DNA from: Fimbriimonadia bacterium
GTDB lineage: Bacteria > Armatimonadota > Fimbriimonadia > Fimbriimonadales > JABRVX01
DNA: 64,000 nt
Direction of reading: 5' to 3'
Assembly: GCA_041483895.1 (NCBI GenBank)
Contig: JBGPGO010000001.1
Coordinates: 1-64,000 of the forward strand
Notes under the pieces: model-generated
Database searches by the model: none
What the model was told of the DNA's origin: nothing
Seen by the model: the letters and a program-made list of their open reading frames with translations, nothing else
Translations under genes and position numbers: made by a program
Part shown: positions 27,072-36,390 of the stretch, piece after piece
Position numbering within the stretch: position 1 is the stretch's first letter
Layout: every line of letters begins with the position of its first letter

Positions 27072-28484
27072 ATGACCACGGTGGGCCTCGTCGGCATCGG
27101 GCTGGACACCTATTGGCCGCAATTCGCGGATCTGCGCGAGCGGCTATTAGGCTATCAATCGAGAATCCGCGAGCGACTCGAAGACAACGCAAAGGTGGTC
27201 GACGCCGGGATTGTCGACAGTCCAACGAAGGCCCGCGAGGCTGGAGAGCGGTTCCGAAAGAGCGACGCCGAGGTCCTTTTACTAACCATCTCCACGTACG
27301 CGCTCTCTTCGACGGTCCTTCCTATTGTGCAAGAGTCGGGGCTGCCCGTCGTCGTCCTGTGCCTCCAGCCGACAAGCGCCATTGACTATGAAGCGTTCAA
27401 CGCTCTCGCTGACCGCGGAAAGATGACCGGCGAATGGCTTGCCTATTGCCAGGCCTGCTGCGTGCCCGAGATTGCGAGCGTGTTCAATCGGGCGGGAATT
27501 CCCTACCGTCTCGTGATCGGCACTTTGGACGATGTTGACGCTTGGAAGGAAATCGAAGCGTGGACGCGGGCCGCCGAAGTCAAAGCCGTCATGCGGCGCA
27601 ACCGGGTAGGCGTCTTGGGCCACTACTACTGCGGAATGCTCGACGTCTACAGTGACATGACGCGGCAATCCGCCGTTTTCGGCAGCCATTTCGAGATCGT
27701 GGAGATGTGCGAATTGCTTCAGTTCCGCGATTCGGTCACCGAACGGCAGGTCACGGAAAAACTGGATGAATTCCGCGCCGCGTTCGACGTATCGCCGGAA
27801 TGTTCGCCAAGCGAATTGGACCGAGCCGCGAAGACTTCTTGCGCCCTTGACGCGCTCGTCGAGAATCATCAATTGGGTTCGCTTGCATACTATTATGAGG
27901 GCGCGCCTGGCAATGAGTACGAGGACATCGTCACTTCCATCATCGCCGGCAACTCACTCCTCACGGCGCGGCACGTCCCCGTCGCCGGAGAGTGCGAAAT
28001 CAAGAATGCGCAGGCGATGAAGATCATGGACGCATTTGGCGCCGGAGGGTCCTTCTCGGAGTTCTATGCCCTGGATTTCGAAGACGACGTGGTGTTGCTC
28101 GGGCACGACGGACCGGCCCATGTCGCCATCGCGGAAGGCAGGGTCGGCCTCGTGCCGCTGCTCGTCTACCACGGAAAGCCCGGCAAAGGCCTGTCCATCC
28201 AGATGACTGTAAGGCATGGTCCCGTGACTCTGCTCTCGGTCGTGCAGAATCGGCAGGGCGACCTATCGCTTCTTGTGGCAGAGGGCGAGTCGGTTCCCGG
28301 CCCTGTGCTCCAAATTGGGAACACGAACAGCCGCTATCGCTTTTCTCTGGGCGCAAAGGAATTTGTGACGCAGTGGTCGAAAGCCGGCCCCTCGCACCAC
28401 TGCGCGATCGGCGTTGGGCATATTGCGCACAAGCTTGAGAAACTGGCCTCACTCCTGGAGATAAGGTGCGAAACGATCTGTTGA
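27072..28484 (+). CDS. L-fucose/L-arabinose isomerase family sugar isomerase
   Basis: VAGECE, FSEF, LLGHDGP and GPSHHCAIGVGH motifs. Confidence 0.85.
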   Translation: MTTVGLVGIGLDTYWPQFADLRERLLGYQSRIRERLEDNAKVVDAGIVDSPTKAREAGERFRKSDAEVLLLTISTYALSSTVLPIVQESGLPVVVLCLQPTSAIDYEAFNALADRGKMTGEWLAYCQACCVPEIASVFNRAGIPYRLVIGTLDDVDAWKEIEAWTRAAEVKAVMRRNRVGVLGHYYCGMLDVYSDMTRQSAVFGSHFEIVEMCELLQFRDSVTERQVTEKLDEFRAAFDVSPECSPSELDRAAKTSCALDALVENHQLGSLAYYYEGAPGNEYEDIVTSIIAGNSLLTARHVPVAGECEIKNAQAMKIMDAFGAGGSFSEFYALDFEDDVVLLGHDGPAHVAIAEGRVGLVPLLVYHGKPGKGLSIQMTVRHGPVTLLSVVQNRQGDLSLLVAEGESVPGPVLQIGNTNSRYRFSLGAKEFVTQWSKAGPSHHCAIGVGHIAHKLEKLASLLEIRCETIC

Positions 28485-28498
28485 ATGGATAATCGAAC

Positions 28499-29536
28499 TT
28501 GAACCCCTTACTCGGCGTTCTTCTTCATGCCATCGGCGGCCTGGCCGCCGGCAGCTTCTATATTCCGCTTCGGAAAGTCAAAGAGTGGTCGTGGGAGAGC
28601 TACTGGCTGATTCAAGGTCTCGCCGCTTGGATCATCATGCCGACCGTCGGTGCCTGGTTCACCACGCCGAAACTCTGGGACGTTCTCGCCGCCAGTCCGC
28701 CTAACGCTCGGCTCTGGACCTACATCTTCGGCGCACTTTGGGGCATTGGCGGTCTTACGTTCGGGCTCAGCATGCGCTATTTGGGCCTCTCGCTGGGTTA
28801 TTCTGTGGCGCTCGGCTTCTGCGCGGCGTTCGGGACGCTGATTCCGCCCATCTTCACCGGCTCGGCGGAGTCGCTGTTCACAACCGCGTCCGGCCTGACG
28901 GTTCTCGGCGGCGTGGCGGTATGTCTCATCGGCATCACGACTTGCGGGTATGCGGGCGTGTTGAAGGAGCGTGAGCTAAGCCAGGAGCAGATTCGCGAGG
29001 CAATCAAGGAGTTCGCACTCGGCAAGGGATTCGCGGTCGCGATTTTCGCCGGCATCATGAGCGCCTGCATGGCCTTCGCGATCGTGGCGGGGAAACCGAT
29101 CGCGGCGGCGGCGGTCGCGGCGGGAACGCCGACCATCTACCAGAACAACCCCGTCTTCATCCTCGCGATGGCGGGCGGTTTCTCAACGAACCTCGTCTGG
29201 TGTCTGTACCTCAACGTCCGAAATGGCTCCCTCCGCGACTACATCAGCGGTCCCGTCATCGTCAACTTCCTGCTCTCCGCGGCCGGAGGCGCAATCTGGT
29301 ACGCGCAGTTCTTCTTCTACGGAATGGGAACGACGCGTATGGGCAAGTATGACTTCGCGAGCTGGACGATCCACATGGCGTTTATCATCGTGTTCAGCAA
29401 CCTATGGGGTGTCTGGTTCCACGAATGGCGCGGCGCCGGACGGAAGACCATTCGATTCCTCGTGACCGGCATCGTCGTGCTGGTTTTATCGACCGTTGTG
29501 GTGGGCGTGGGCAACTACCTCGCCGCACCGAAGTAG
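28499..29536 (+). CDS. rhaT: L-rhamnose/proton symporter
   Basis: GSFYIP.RKVKEWSWESYW, LWGIGGLTFGLSMRYLG and SWTIHMA; about 10 TM helices; TTG start. Confidence 0.9.
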   Translation: MNPLLGVLLHAIGGLAAGSFYIPLRKVKEWSWESYWLIQGLAAWIIMPTVGAWFTTPKLWDVLAASPPNARLWTYIFGALWGIGGLTFGLSMRYLGLSLGYSVALGFCAAFGTLIPPIFTGSAESLFTTASGLTVLGGVAVCLIGITTCGYAGVLKERELSQEQIREAIKEFALGKGFAVAIFAGIMSACMAFAIVAGKPIAAAAVAAGTPTIYQNNPVFILAMAGGFSTNLVWCLYLNVRNGSLRDYISGPVIVNFLLSAAGGAIWYAQFFFYGMGTTRMGKYDFASWTIHMAFIIVFSNLWGVWFHEWRGAGRKTIRFLVTGIVVLVLSTVVVGVGNYLAAPK

Positions 29537-29540
29537 CCTG

Positions 29541-32500
29541 TCACGGCTTCGCCACCGTCACCTTCGCAACTGCCCTCAAGACCACCGGACCGAGCAGCCC
29601 GGACTCCAGGAGCGGGGAGTCCTTCTTCCACAGCTTCCAACTGCTGAACGTGTACCGGCCGGTCGGGCTTTGCCCGCCATCCAAGACCCAATGCGGCCAT
29701 TCCTTGAGCGTGCCATCAGGGTTGCGGTTGCTGTCTTCCGGCAGGCGCTCATCGCCGATCATGCGATTCGGCCAGAGGTTGACCACCTTGACCTCGAGGG
29801 TGTTCTCGCCGACGTGCACCGCGTCCGTCACATCGAGGCGATACGGCGGCTTCCACGAGATGCCGAGGTTCTTGCCGTTCAGCCGCACCTCCGCGATCAC
29901 CTGCACCCGCCCCAAATCGAGGTACAGCCGCTGGTCGGCCGCAATCATGCCTGATGGAATGTCAAACCGTTTACGATACGTGGCCGTGCCGGAGAAATAC
30001 TTGACGCCGGGATCGCTGTGGTCGCTCCATGAAATCAGCTTGTCCAGCGTCACGCTCTCGGGGGCTCCCGTGTTCGGCGGAAATCGCAGCTCCCACGGAC
30101 CAGCGATCTCTAACGGCTTTGGCAGCGCCGCAACCTCAAAGCGGCTGACCTTCCCCGTTGCGGTCTTCAGCGTATACACGCCGGGCTTCCACACCTGAGC
30201 CTCTATCCTTCCATTGTCTATGACCTCGATGGTTGGATCGTCCTGCCGATCAACAGGAACCTGCGTCGATGTCATCTGCTTGACGATCTCTTCATCCGTC
30301 AGCGCCCGGTTGGACTGTTGGAACGCGCCGATATCCCCACGGAAGGGCTCGACGCTTCGAGTATGTTGAACGCCGACCCCCGGATGAACGATGAACGTGC
30401 TTCGCAAGCCCTTGTGAACAAGTTTGCCATTTATGTACAGGCTCGTCTCGCGATCCCGATACACGACGGCGACATACGTCCAGCCCGTGATCGGTCCATT
30501 GTAAACCAGCAGCGGCGCGAAATAGTTGGCCGAATGTTCGTAGACGCACACGCCGTTTGTGCCCACGGAGATGCCCGCGCCCGAATGGCCTTGTTCCGGA
30601 TAGACCTCATGACCCGGCGGCGGGTAGATGGCGTCGTTCCTATCGACGCTGAGTCCGGTCGCGCCGGTGTTTGCTTCCTCAGGCAAGCCGATGGCAACCT
30701 CCGGCTTGATCCATGCCGCCATGGTAAACGTGTTGGTGACATTCCGGTTGTTGTCTGAGGGCTGCTCCTTGCCGGGCTTCCAGGCGGTATCCATCAGAGT
30801 CTTCCCGTCGCGGGAAACCGATGTGATGCGGCTTGCATCCGCACCGTGGGACGGGCGGAAAACGACGAAGACTGAGCCGGTCTGATCGAATCGTATTGGA
30901 ATTCGAACGATGCCACCTGACTCGTCGTACACCGCCGGTGCTGCTATCCGGCCGGTGTCGGGCCACCATAGTTCGGCGCGTTTGCCGTGAGCGCGGAAGG
31001 CGCATACTGTCTCCTCAGGTCGGTTATTCTTGTTCGCGACGAAATACACGTCGGCATCGCCGATCGTCTTGTGGATATACCGCAGGTTCTGCCCGCCGGA
31101 TTTGCAGCTATACGTGAAGTCCGGCCGCACACCCATCTCGGCCAAGACCTCCTCGACAGCCTTGCCCCAGATCACCTTTCCCTTGCCGAAGCGATGCTCC
31201 TTGACCGAAGTGCCATTGCAGTTGGCCCACAGTCTGTCGGCAAGTTCCTTGGTCTCCTGGTCGCACTGAGGATAGCCGCCGAGGCTTGGCGACTTCGACG
31301 GCGGCGCGCCGATCACCGTCGCGCCAGCCTGAACCAGCTCCAGGATTTTGCGGAGCAGTCGCGGGGTCATTGTCTGGACTTCCGGCAGGACCAACACGCG
31401 GTAGCTCATTCCGTCCGGCAGCACAATCCTACCGTCCTTCACAGTCATGCGGGTCAGCACCACTTCCGGAGTACATCCGTCGAAGTTGTACTTTGCGCGT
31501 TCCGGCCCATGGCTCTGCAAATAGGAAGCGGGCAGGTGGAACCGTTGCGGCGATCCTTCCGGTTCCAGGAAGCAGATGTCGGCGATGAAAAGGCCTTGTT
31601 GGAGGAGGAACTGACATCGGGAGAGATACTCATGCCAGGCCGCCGATTGCTCCCACCAGGTCTCCGTTCTCTCATAGTGCAGGCCCCACGGACCCATGGA
31701 CATGCCGGGCTTGACGTTCAGCCACGGCTGCATGGCATATCGATGGAAGACAAAGCGGTTGATGCCCTCACAGAACGCCCAGTCCCCGAGGGCCTTGATC
31801 GAGGCGGGATGATGCTGCCACATTTCGCCGTCGGTGGCCGTGAACGCCTCCGCGCCAAGTATCTTTTTGCCGTATGTATGCGCCGCCGATGCCATCTCCG
31901 TGTCGCTGTAGGAGGTGAAATTGCTCGGCCAGGACCAGAACTCCGACATCACCTCGTCTGCGCGGCCGGCGTACGCCATGTCGTCGGTGGGAGATCCGTC
32001 ATATGCTTCGATGGAAAGTTGGAGGCCGCTTCTGTGCGCCAGGTCACGGAAGTGACCGGCGTAGTTGTCAACAAGGAGATCGGAGACGGTCTGCCGCACG
32101 TCCCAAAGGAACCGTTCCGACACTTCCAAACTGTCTACCACCCGGCCCGTCATCACCGGTAGAAAACGCAGCGGGTCATAGCCCCGCAGCCGCTGGAATT
32201 CTTCGCGAAAGCGCGGCGTCCAGTTCTGAGAGCCGACCTCCCAACTGTCGATATGCGTCCGCACAAGCGTCTTCCCTGCAAGGGGCCCGACGTCGGCGAT
32301 GAGCTTCGCCATAAGGCCATTGAAGTGCGCTTCCGTCGCTTCCTTGCTCAGCTTGTCGCAATCCAGGCCACGGCCGTCGAGCGGCGCGGGTTGGTTGTTT
32401 GCGCCGGTGGGCGTGTGGCCAATTCGCAGCAAGGTCCAGTTTCCGGCTGGCGCGTCCCAAACCAGATGTCCGTTCGCGTCCATCCGTGTCGTCAATTCGA

Positions 32501-33125
32501 TAACACGGTCCGGAGGAATCGCCGCTCCCGCCGGGATCGCCGGGTACTTCGGTTGGGTCGCTATCTCCTGTCTGATGAGCGCGGACTTGCCTGCGATGTC
32601 TTCAATCCTGTACCCATCGGGTGTCGGGAATGCGAGAACGGCGATATCGTGGTAGGCGCCGGCCACCTTCTTTGGTTCGGGCAGCGCTCCGTCGAATCGC
32701 ATCGGGCCCGCGACCTGCGTTTCGCTCCACACAACCTTTTGCATGGAGAGGTCAGGGGTGATCCAGGGGCCGCCGCTTCCACACCATCCGGCGTCGTTGT
32801 TCATGTTGATCTCTAGGCCCAGCCGGTCCGCCTCGGAGACGACGTGCTTGAAAAGCTCGCGCCATTGGGGGCTGCCAAACCCCACGGGACCCTTCGGTGA
32901 GCCCTGATCCACTTCCATAATCAGCGCGCCGCCGATGCCGACCCTCCGCATGGCTTCGAGGTCAGCCGTGATCCCTTCCCGGGTGATGTTGCCGTTGAGC
33001 CAGAACCAGTAGACCCATGGCCGCGCGGAATCGGGCGGGTGGAGGAAGCCCTTAGCGAGGTCGTCGGCCGGCGCCTGCAACGCGGTCATCAGGAACAGTA
33101 GAGCAAAAGTAATATAGATTTTCAT
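29541..33125 (-). CDS. GH106 alpha-L-rhamnosidase-like protein with a LamG-like insert
   Basis: RPWVYWFWLNGN, HIDSWE, GAEAFT, GINRFVFH and SGLLGPV. GGAGG precedes ATG 33125. Confidence 0.87.
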   Translation of the reverse strand: MKIYITFALLFLMTALQAPADDLAKGFLHPPDSARPWVYWFWLNGNITREGITADLEAMRRVGIGGALIMEVDQGSPKGPVGFGSPQWRELFKHVVSEADRLGLEINMNNDAGWCGSGGPWITPDLSMQKVVWSETQVAGPMRFDGALPEPKKVAGAYHDIAVLAFPTPDGYRIEDIAGKSALIRQEIATQPKYPAIPAGAAIPPDRVIELTTRMDANGHLVWDAPAGNWTLLRIGHTPTGANNQPAPLDGRGLDCDKLSKEATEAHFNGLMAKLIADVGPLAGKTLVRTHIDSWEVGSQNWTPRFREEFQRLRGYDPLRFLPVMTGRVVDSLEVSERFLWDVRQTVSDLLVDNYAGHFRDLAHRSGLQLSIEAYDGSPTDDMAYAGRADEVMSEFWSWPSNFTSYSDTEMASAAHTYGKKILGAEAFTATDGEMWQHHPASIKALGDWAFCEGINRFVFHRYAMQPWLNVKPGMSMGPWGLHYERTETWWEQSAAWHEYLSRCQFLLQQGLFIADICFLEPEGSPQRFHLPASYLQSHGPERAKYNFDGCTPEVVLTRMTVKDGRIVLPDGMSYRVLVLPEVQTMTPRLLRKILELVQAGATVIGAPPSKSPSLGGYPQCDQETKELADRLWANCNGTSVKEHRFGKGKVIWGKAVEEVLAEMGVRPDFTYSCKSGGQNLRYIHKTIGDADVYFVANKNNRPEETVCAFRAHGKRAELWWPDTGRIAAPAVYDESGGIVRIPIRFDQTGSVFVVFRPSHGADASRITSVSRDGKTLMDTAWKPGKEQPSDNNRNVTNTFTMAAWIKPEVAIGLPEEANTGATGLSVDRNDAIYPPPGHEVYPEQGHSGAGISVGTNGVCVYEHSANYFAPLLVYNGPITGWTYVAVVYRDRETSLYINGKLVHKGLRSTFIVHPGVGVQHTRSVEPFRGDIGAFQQSNRALTDEEIVKQMTSTQVPVDRQDDPTIEVIDNGRIEAQVWKPGVYTLKTATGKVSRFEVAALPKPLEIAGPWELRFPPNTGAPESVTLDKLISWSDHSDPGVKYFSGTATYRKRFDIPSGMIAADQRLYLDLGRVQVIAEVRLNGKNLGISWKPPYRLDVTDAVHVGENTLEVKVVNLWPNRMIGDERLPEDSNRNPDGTLKEWPHWVLDGGQSPTGRYTFSSWKLWKKDSPLLESGLLGPVVLRAVAKVTVAKP

Positions 33126-33466
33126 AAGACGGTACCTCCATGTTCGCCGCTCGCATGCACTTGTCATTTTCCACCTCTCAATGAGTAAGGCCGGCGCGGG
33201 CAGTCGGCAACAAAACGAGCTTACCCATTCGGCTCGATGCTTATTCGCAGTTTTCGAAAGGTGGCGCGCGATGGGTCCATATTAGGAATTGTATCTCATC
33301 TGGATCTGAGCATCGGAGAGTTCCATTTGGGTCATGGTTCCGATGGTTGGGCGTTGATCGAACTAATGCTTAAAGGTCGGGCGACTAGGCTGCTATCTGA
33401 GTTGGCGTGACCGGTACGGCTCCCCTGGCCAAAGGACCAATCACCGACAGGTTCGATTCCGACAAA

Positions 33467-35905
33467 CTACGAAACGTAAAGGCCCTCGATTTGCACGACA
33501 ATCCACTTATCGCCGAATTTGCGTAGCTCGACGTCATTGCCTCGTCCGTTCAGGCCGTTGTAATACTCTGTAAGCGAAACTCGCGCGCGAGCACGGTCAG
33601 AGCTAAACAAGGGCTGAGACTCATGTTCATTCCATGGTCTTGCCTTGTGATCGAAGCCCAAATGAGGCGCGCCAATTGTGACAAACGCCGCTCCGTTCCC
33701 ATACGGGATCTGTCCGCTCCCGGAACAAAACACAATGCCATTGAGCCCCAAAAGCTCAATTGGTTTCATCCCTTCTGGTAGGGTGACAAAACAGACCGAG
33801 GGTCCGTGTCGAAATCGGAACTGCGCCTCGAACGCTGCCCATACAACCTGCTCCGCATCATTGAGAGGCCTTGGACCCACTAGGGGGTTTGCGTCCTGAC
33901 CATCGGGTATGCCGTCCTTGTCCATGTCTGGATTGGTCGGAATTGTGCCCAATCGCTTTTCTTCGATGTCGGTCAGTCCGTCGCCATCGCTGTCTGCATC
34001 AAGTTTCTGGCCTGCAAGTTTCTTGACCAGCTCCTTTACGTCGGGATCCGGCTCGGGGGTGCCATGCAGCGGACCGCCTTCGCTGTATAGAGTGTGGCCG
34101 GTGAAAACGGGCTTGGACCAGTTGCCATCAGTTTTGTGTGTTAACCAAAGGTCGCCGCCATTGCCTAGGACGCCACTCGCAACGAGGGCCCAATGGACAC
34201 TCTTCGCGTCAGCGTACTCCGCACGGATCGACCGCTTGTCCACCTTGACTTCGGCTCTCGTAAAAGTCCGATCGGTGGATCGCCAAGATAACACGGCTTC
34301 GAGCCCAACCTCACCGCCTGTGCGAGCGAGATTGGTGTAGGCGTCGTGACGGAAGTAGCCGTGCGGATCCGGTTTGCTTCCGTTGAGCACGTCGATCATG
34401 TATGCGACGGCTTGTGGGTCAGAGGAGTTCTTCAAGAACTGGATCGCGTGCTCTGGCCTTGGCTTCTTCACTTGCTCAAGAAAAATTGGAACCGCACGAT
34501 CATCACCTAAGGTCAATATCTCTAGCAAGAGATCTCTCGCCCGATCGTTTTTCGCATTTGCCGCCGGAAGCGCCGCGGTGATTTCGCCGGTTAGTTCCTT
34601 CCGAAATCCTTTCCCAATGGCGCGCTGGAGATCGTACATGATTGAATACGCCTTATCGGCGCCTGGCTCCAATTCCTCCTTTTCTGAAGCGATTCTGGCT
34701 GTCTCGAAAACCTTCTCCTGTCGCTTCCACTCTTCAAGCGCCGCGCGGAAGCCTTCGTCCCCATACTGATCGAACCGCCGCCTGTCGTCATAGGACGAGT
34801 GTTCAATGGTGCGAACGAGTCGCTGAAGGTCGGCTTGGCGCGCAGCCGGATCGGTTGGCAAAGCTTCCGGCGCACCTGGCACGAATTTCGCGATGCCTTC
34901 GCCACCGACAATGATTAAACCGTCTGGGGTAGGATAGAACCGCTCGGCAAAGTTGAACGCCAATTCATACGACCATTTGATCTCGCCGTCACTTCCGATC
35001 GCGAGAAGTTTGCCTCCTCTCGCCGCAGCCCATAGCGTTTCGCCCACCATACCGAGTCCATCAATGTTCGCACTGAAGTGTTCATCTACAGGGACTCTCC
35101 AACGATCTCTGCCTGTTGCATTATCAATGGCAACCACGGAACCGCCAATCGATGAGACAATCAAATCATTCCACGCCATCTGCGTCCGATAAGAATCCAA
35201 TCGAACCTCGCTTTTCCATAAGAGCTTTCCATCAACCGGATTCAAACACCGAATGACGCGATCATCGAAGACAAGGAGCTTCCCGCCAACATCGATGATC
35301 GGCGTGTACATCATGCCCCTCGACGGCGCAATCTTGGCCAGCCAAATCTTCTTGCCCGTTGCAACCGAGGCGCAAATCAGTGACCCTGTCTTCACCACCA
35401 GATAAAGACGTTCCCCGATCATCAGCGGCTCTTGCTCGCCGGCCGCCCAATCACTCTTCCAGATCACGGATCCATTCTTGGCCGAAAATGCGCCCAAATT
35501 GCCGTTTGGCAACTTCCCGAACAACCGATCGCCAACACCGCCGAAACCATAGGCTTTTTGTGACGCCGGCTTCTTCCACATGAGCTTGCCGCTCATACGA
35601 CTAAAAGCGCTCATCTCGCCGTTCGACACCACGACGATTGCGCTTTTGCAAACAACGAAGCTCTCAATGTAGCCGTTTTTGCCTCCGACCTTTTGCATCC
35701 AGAGGCGCTTGCCGTCGCTTAGCCGAATGCTGCCGTATGAATCAAGGGTGTGGTGGAAGGCAACCGATCCTGAGATCCAGATTTCGTTAACCTGATTCTC
35801 CGTGGGCACCAGCCAGCTCCGACGGAACGGCGGCCTCATTTCGGGATCGGCGGCAACAACTAGAAGCGGAAGCAAGGTAGCAAGAAGAGCGAGCAGATAG
35901 CGCAT
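33467..35905 (-). CDS. Secreted PQQ-like propeller / helical-repeat protein with Ca-binding DxDxDG repeats
   Basis: Signal peptide MRYLLALLATLL after GGAGGG; repeated G+..W motifs; DSDGDGLTD and DMDKDGIPDG. Confidence 0.78.
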   Translation of the reverse strand: MRYLLALLATLLPLLVVAADPEMRPPFRRSWLVPTENQVNEIWISGSVAFHHTLDSYGSIRLSDGKRLWMQKVGGKNGYIESFVVCKSAIVVVSNGEMSAFSRMSGKLMWKKPASQKAYGFGGVGDRLFGKLPNGNLGAFSAKNGSVIWKSDWAAGEQEPLMIGERLYLVVKTGSLICASVATGKKIWLAKIAPSRGMMYTPIIDVGGKLLVFDDRVIRCLNPVDGKLLWKSEVRLDSYRTQMAWNDLIVSSIGGSVVAIDNATGRDRWRVPVDEHFSANIDGLGMVGETLWAAARGGKLLAIGSDGEIKWSYELAFNFAERFYPTPDGLIIVGGEGIAKFVPGAPEALPTDPAARQADLQRLVRTIEHSSYDDRRRFDQYGDEGFRAALEEWKRQEKVFETARIASEKEELEPGADKAYSIMYDLQRAIGKGFRKELTGEITAALPAANAKNDRARDLLLEILTLGDDRAVPIFLEQVKKPRPEHAIQFLKNSSDPQAVAYMIDVLNGSKPDPHGYFRHDAYTNLARTGGEVGLEAVLSWRSTDRTFTRAEVKVDKRSIRAEYADAKSVHWALVASGVLGNGGDLWLTHKTDGNWSKPVFTGHTLYSEGGPLHGTPEPDPDVKELVKKLAGQKLDADSDGDGLTDIEEKRLGTIPTNPDMDKDGIPDGQDANPLVGPRPLNDAEQVVWAAFEAQFRFRHGPSVCFVTLPEGMKPIELLGLNGIVFCSGSGQIPYGNGAAFVTIGAPHLGFDHKARPWNEHESQPLFSSDRARARVSLTEYYNGLNGRGNDVELRKFGDKWIVVQIEGLYVS

Positions 35906-36110
35906 TTGACCCTCCCACCAATTAGACAGTAACTCAGGTCCGATCGGTTCATTCACCGGCGATAAATTGCCCGCGACGAGCCTAGAGGGATCCAGTTTGC
36001 TATCGAAAATCGCCATTATCGACACCATGGGGATATCAACTTGGCGCACAGCCTTCCCGGTTCGGCGCGTCCAGTGGCATCGTTCGGCGGGCCCCGCTCC
36101 AGCTCTTGGC

Positions 36111-36287
36111 AACACGGACCGTATGCGGAAATTATGCCGTGTGAACTTGCACATCATCTGCAACATTTCCGAGGATGGTGTACGGCCCTCGAACAGTTTG
36201 CGGGAGCGAACCCGGTACAAGAGTATTGACAGGACCGTGGGCGCAAAGGCGGGCGATAAACCGTTGCCACGACACGCCGCCGCCTAG
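36111..36287 (-). pseudogene. Orphan diverged copy of the last 51 codons and 3' flank of the NagB-like gene
   Basis: Direct repeat of 39070-39246. Encodes LGGGVSWQRFIARLCAHGPVNTLVPGSLPQTVRGPYTILGNVADDVQVHTA*. Confidence 0.92.
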
Positions 36288-36390
36288 AAACGCCTTACTG
36301 AAGCCATGACCGATCGAATATGTCCGTTCTCGGTACCAATACAACCTGCACTCCGCATGGCGCGAGGAAGTCCAGCCCGCGCGGGGCCGC

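Noticed and set aside
33450..33460. GGTTCGATTCC T-loop-like motif
   Set aside because: The flanks do not form T, acceptor or anticodon stems.
35906..36220. N-terminal 105 aa of the 917-aa track ORF
   Set aside because: It overlaps the NagB-like remnant in another frame; the RBS and signal peptide indicate a start at 35905.
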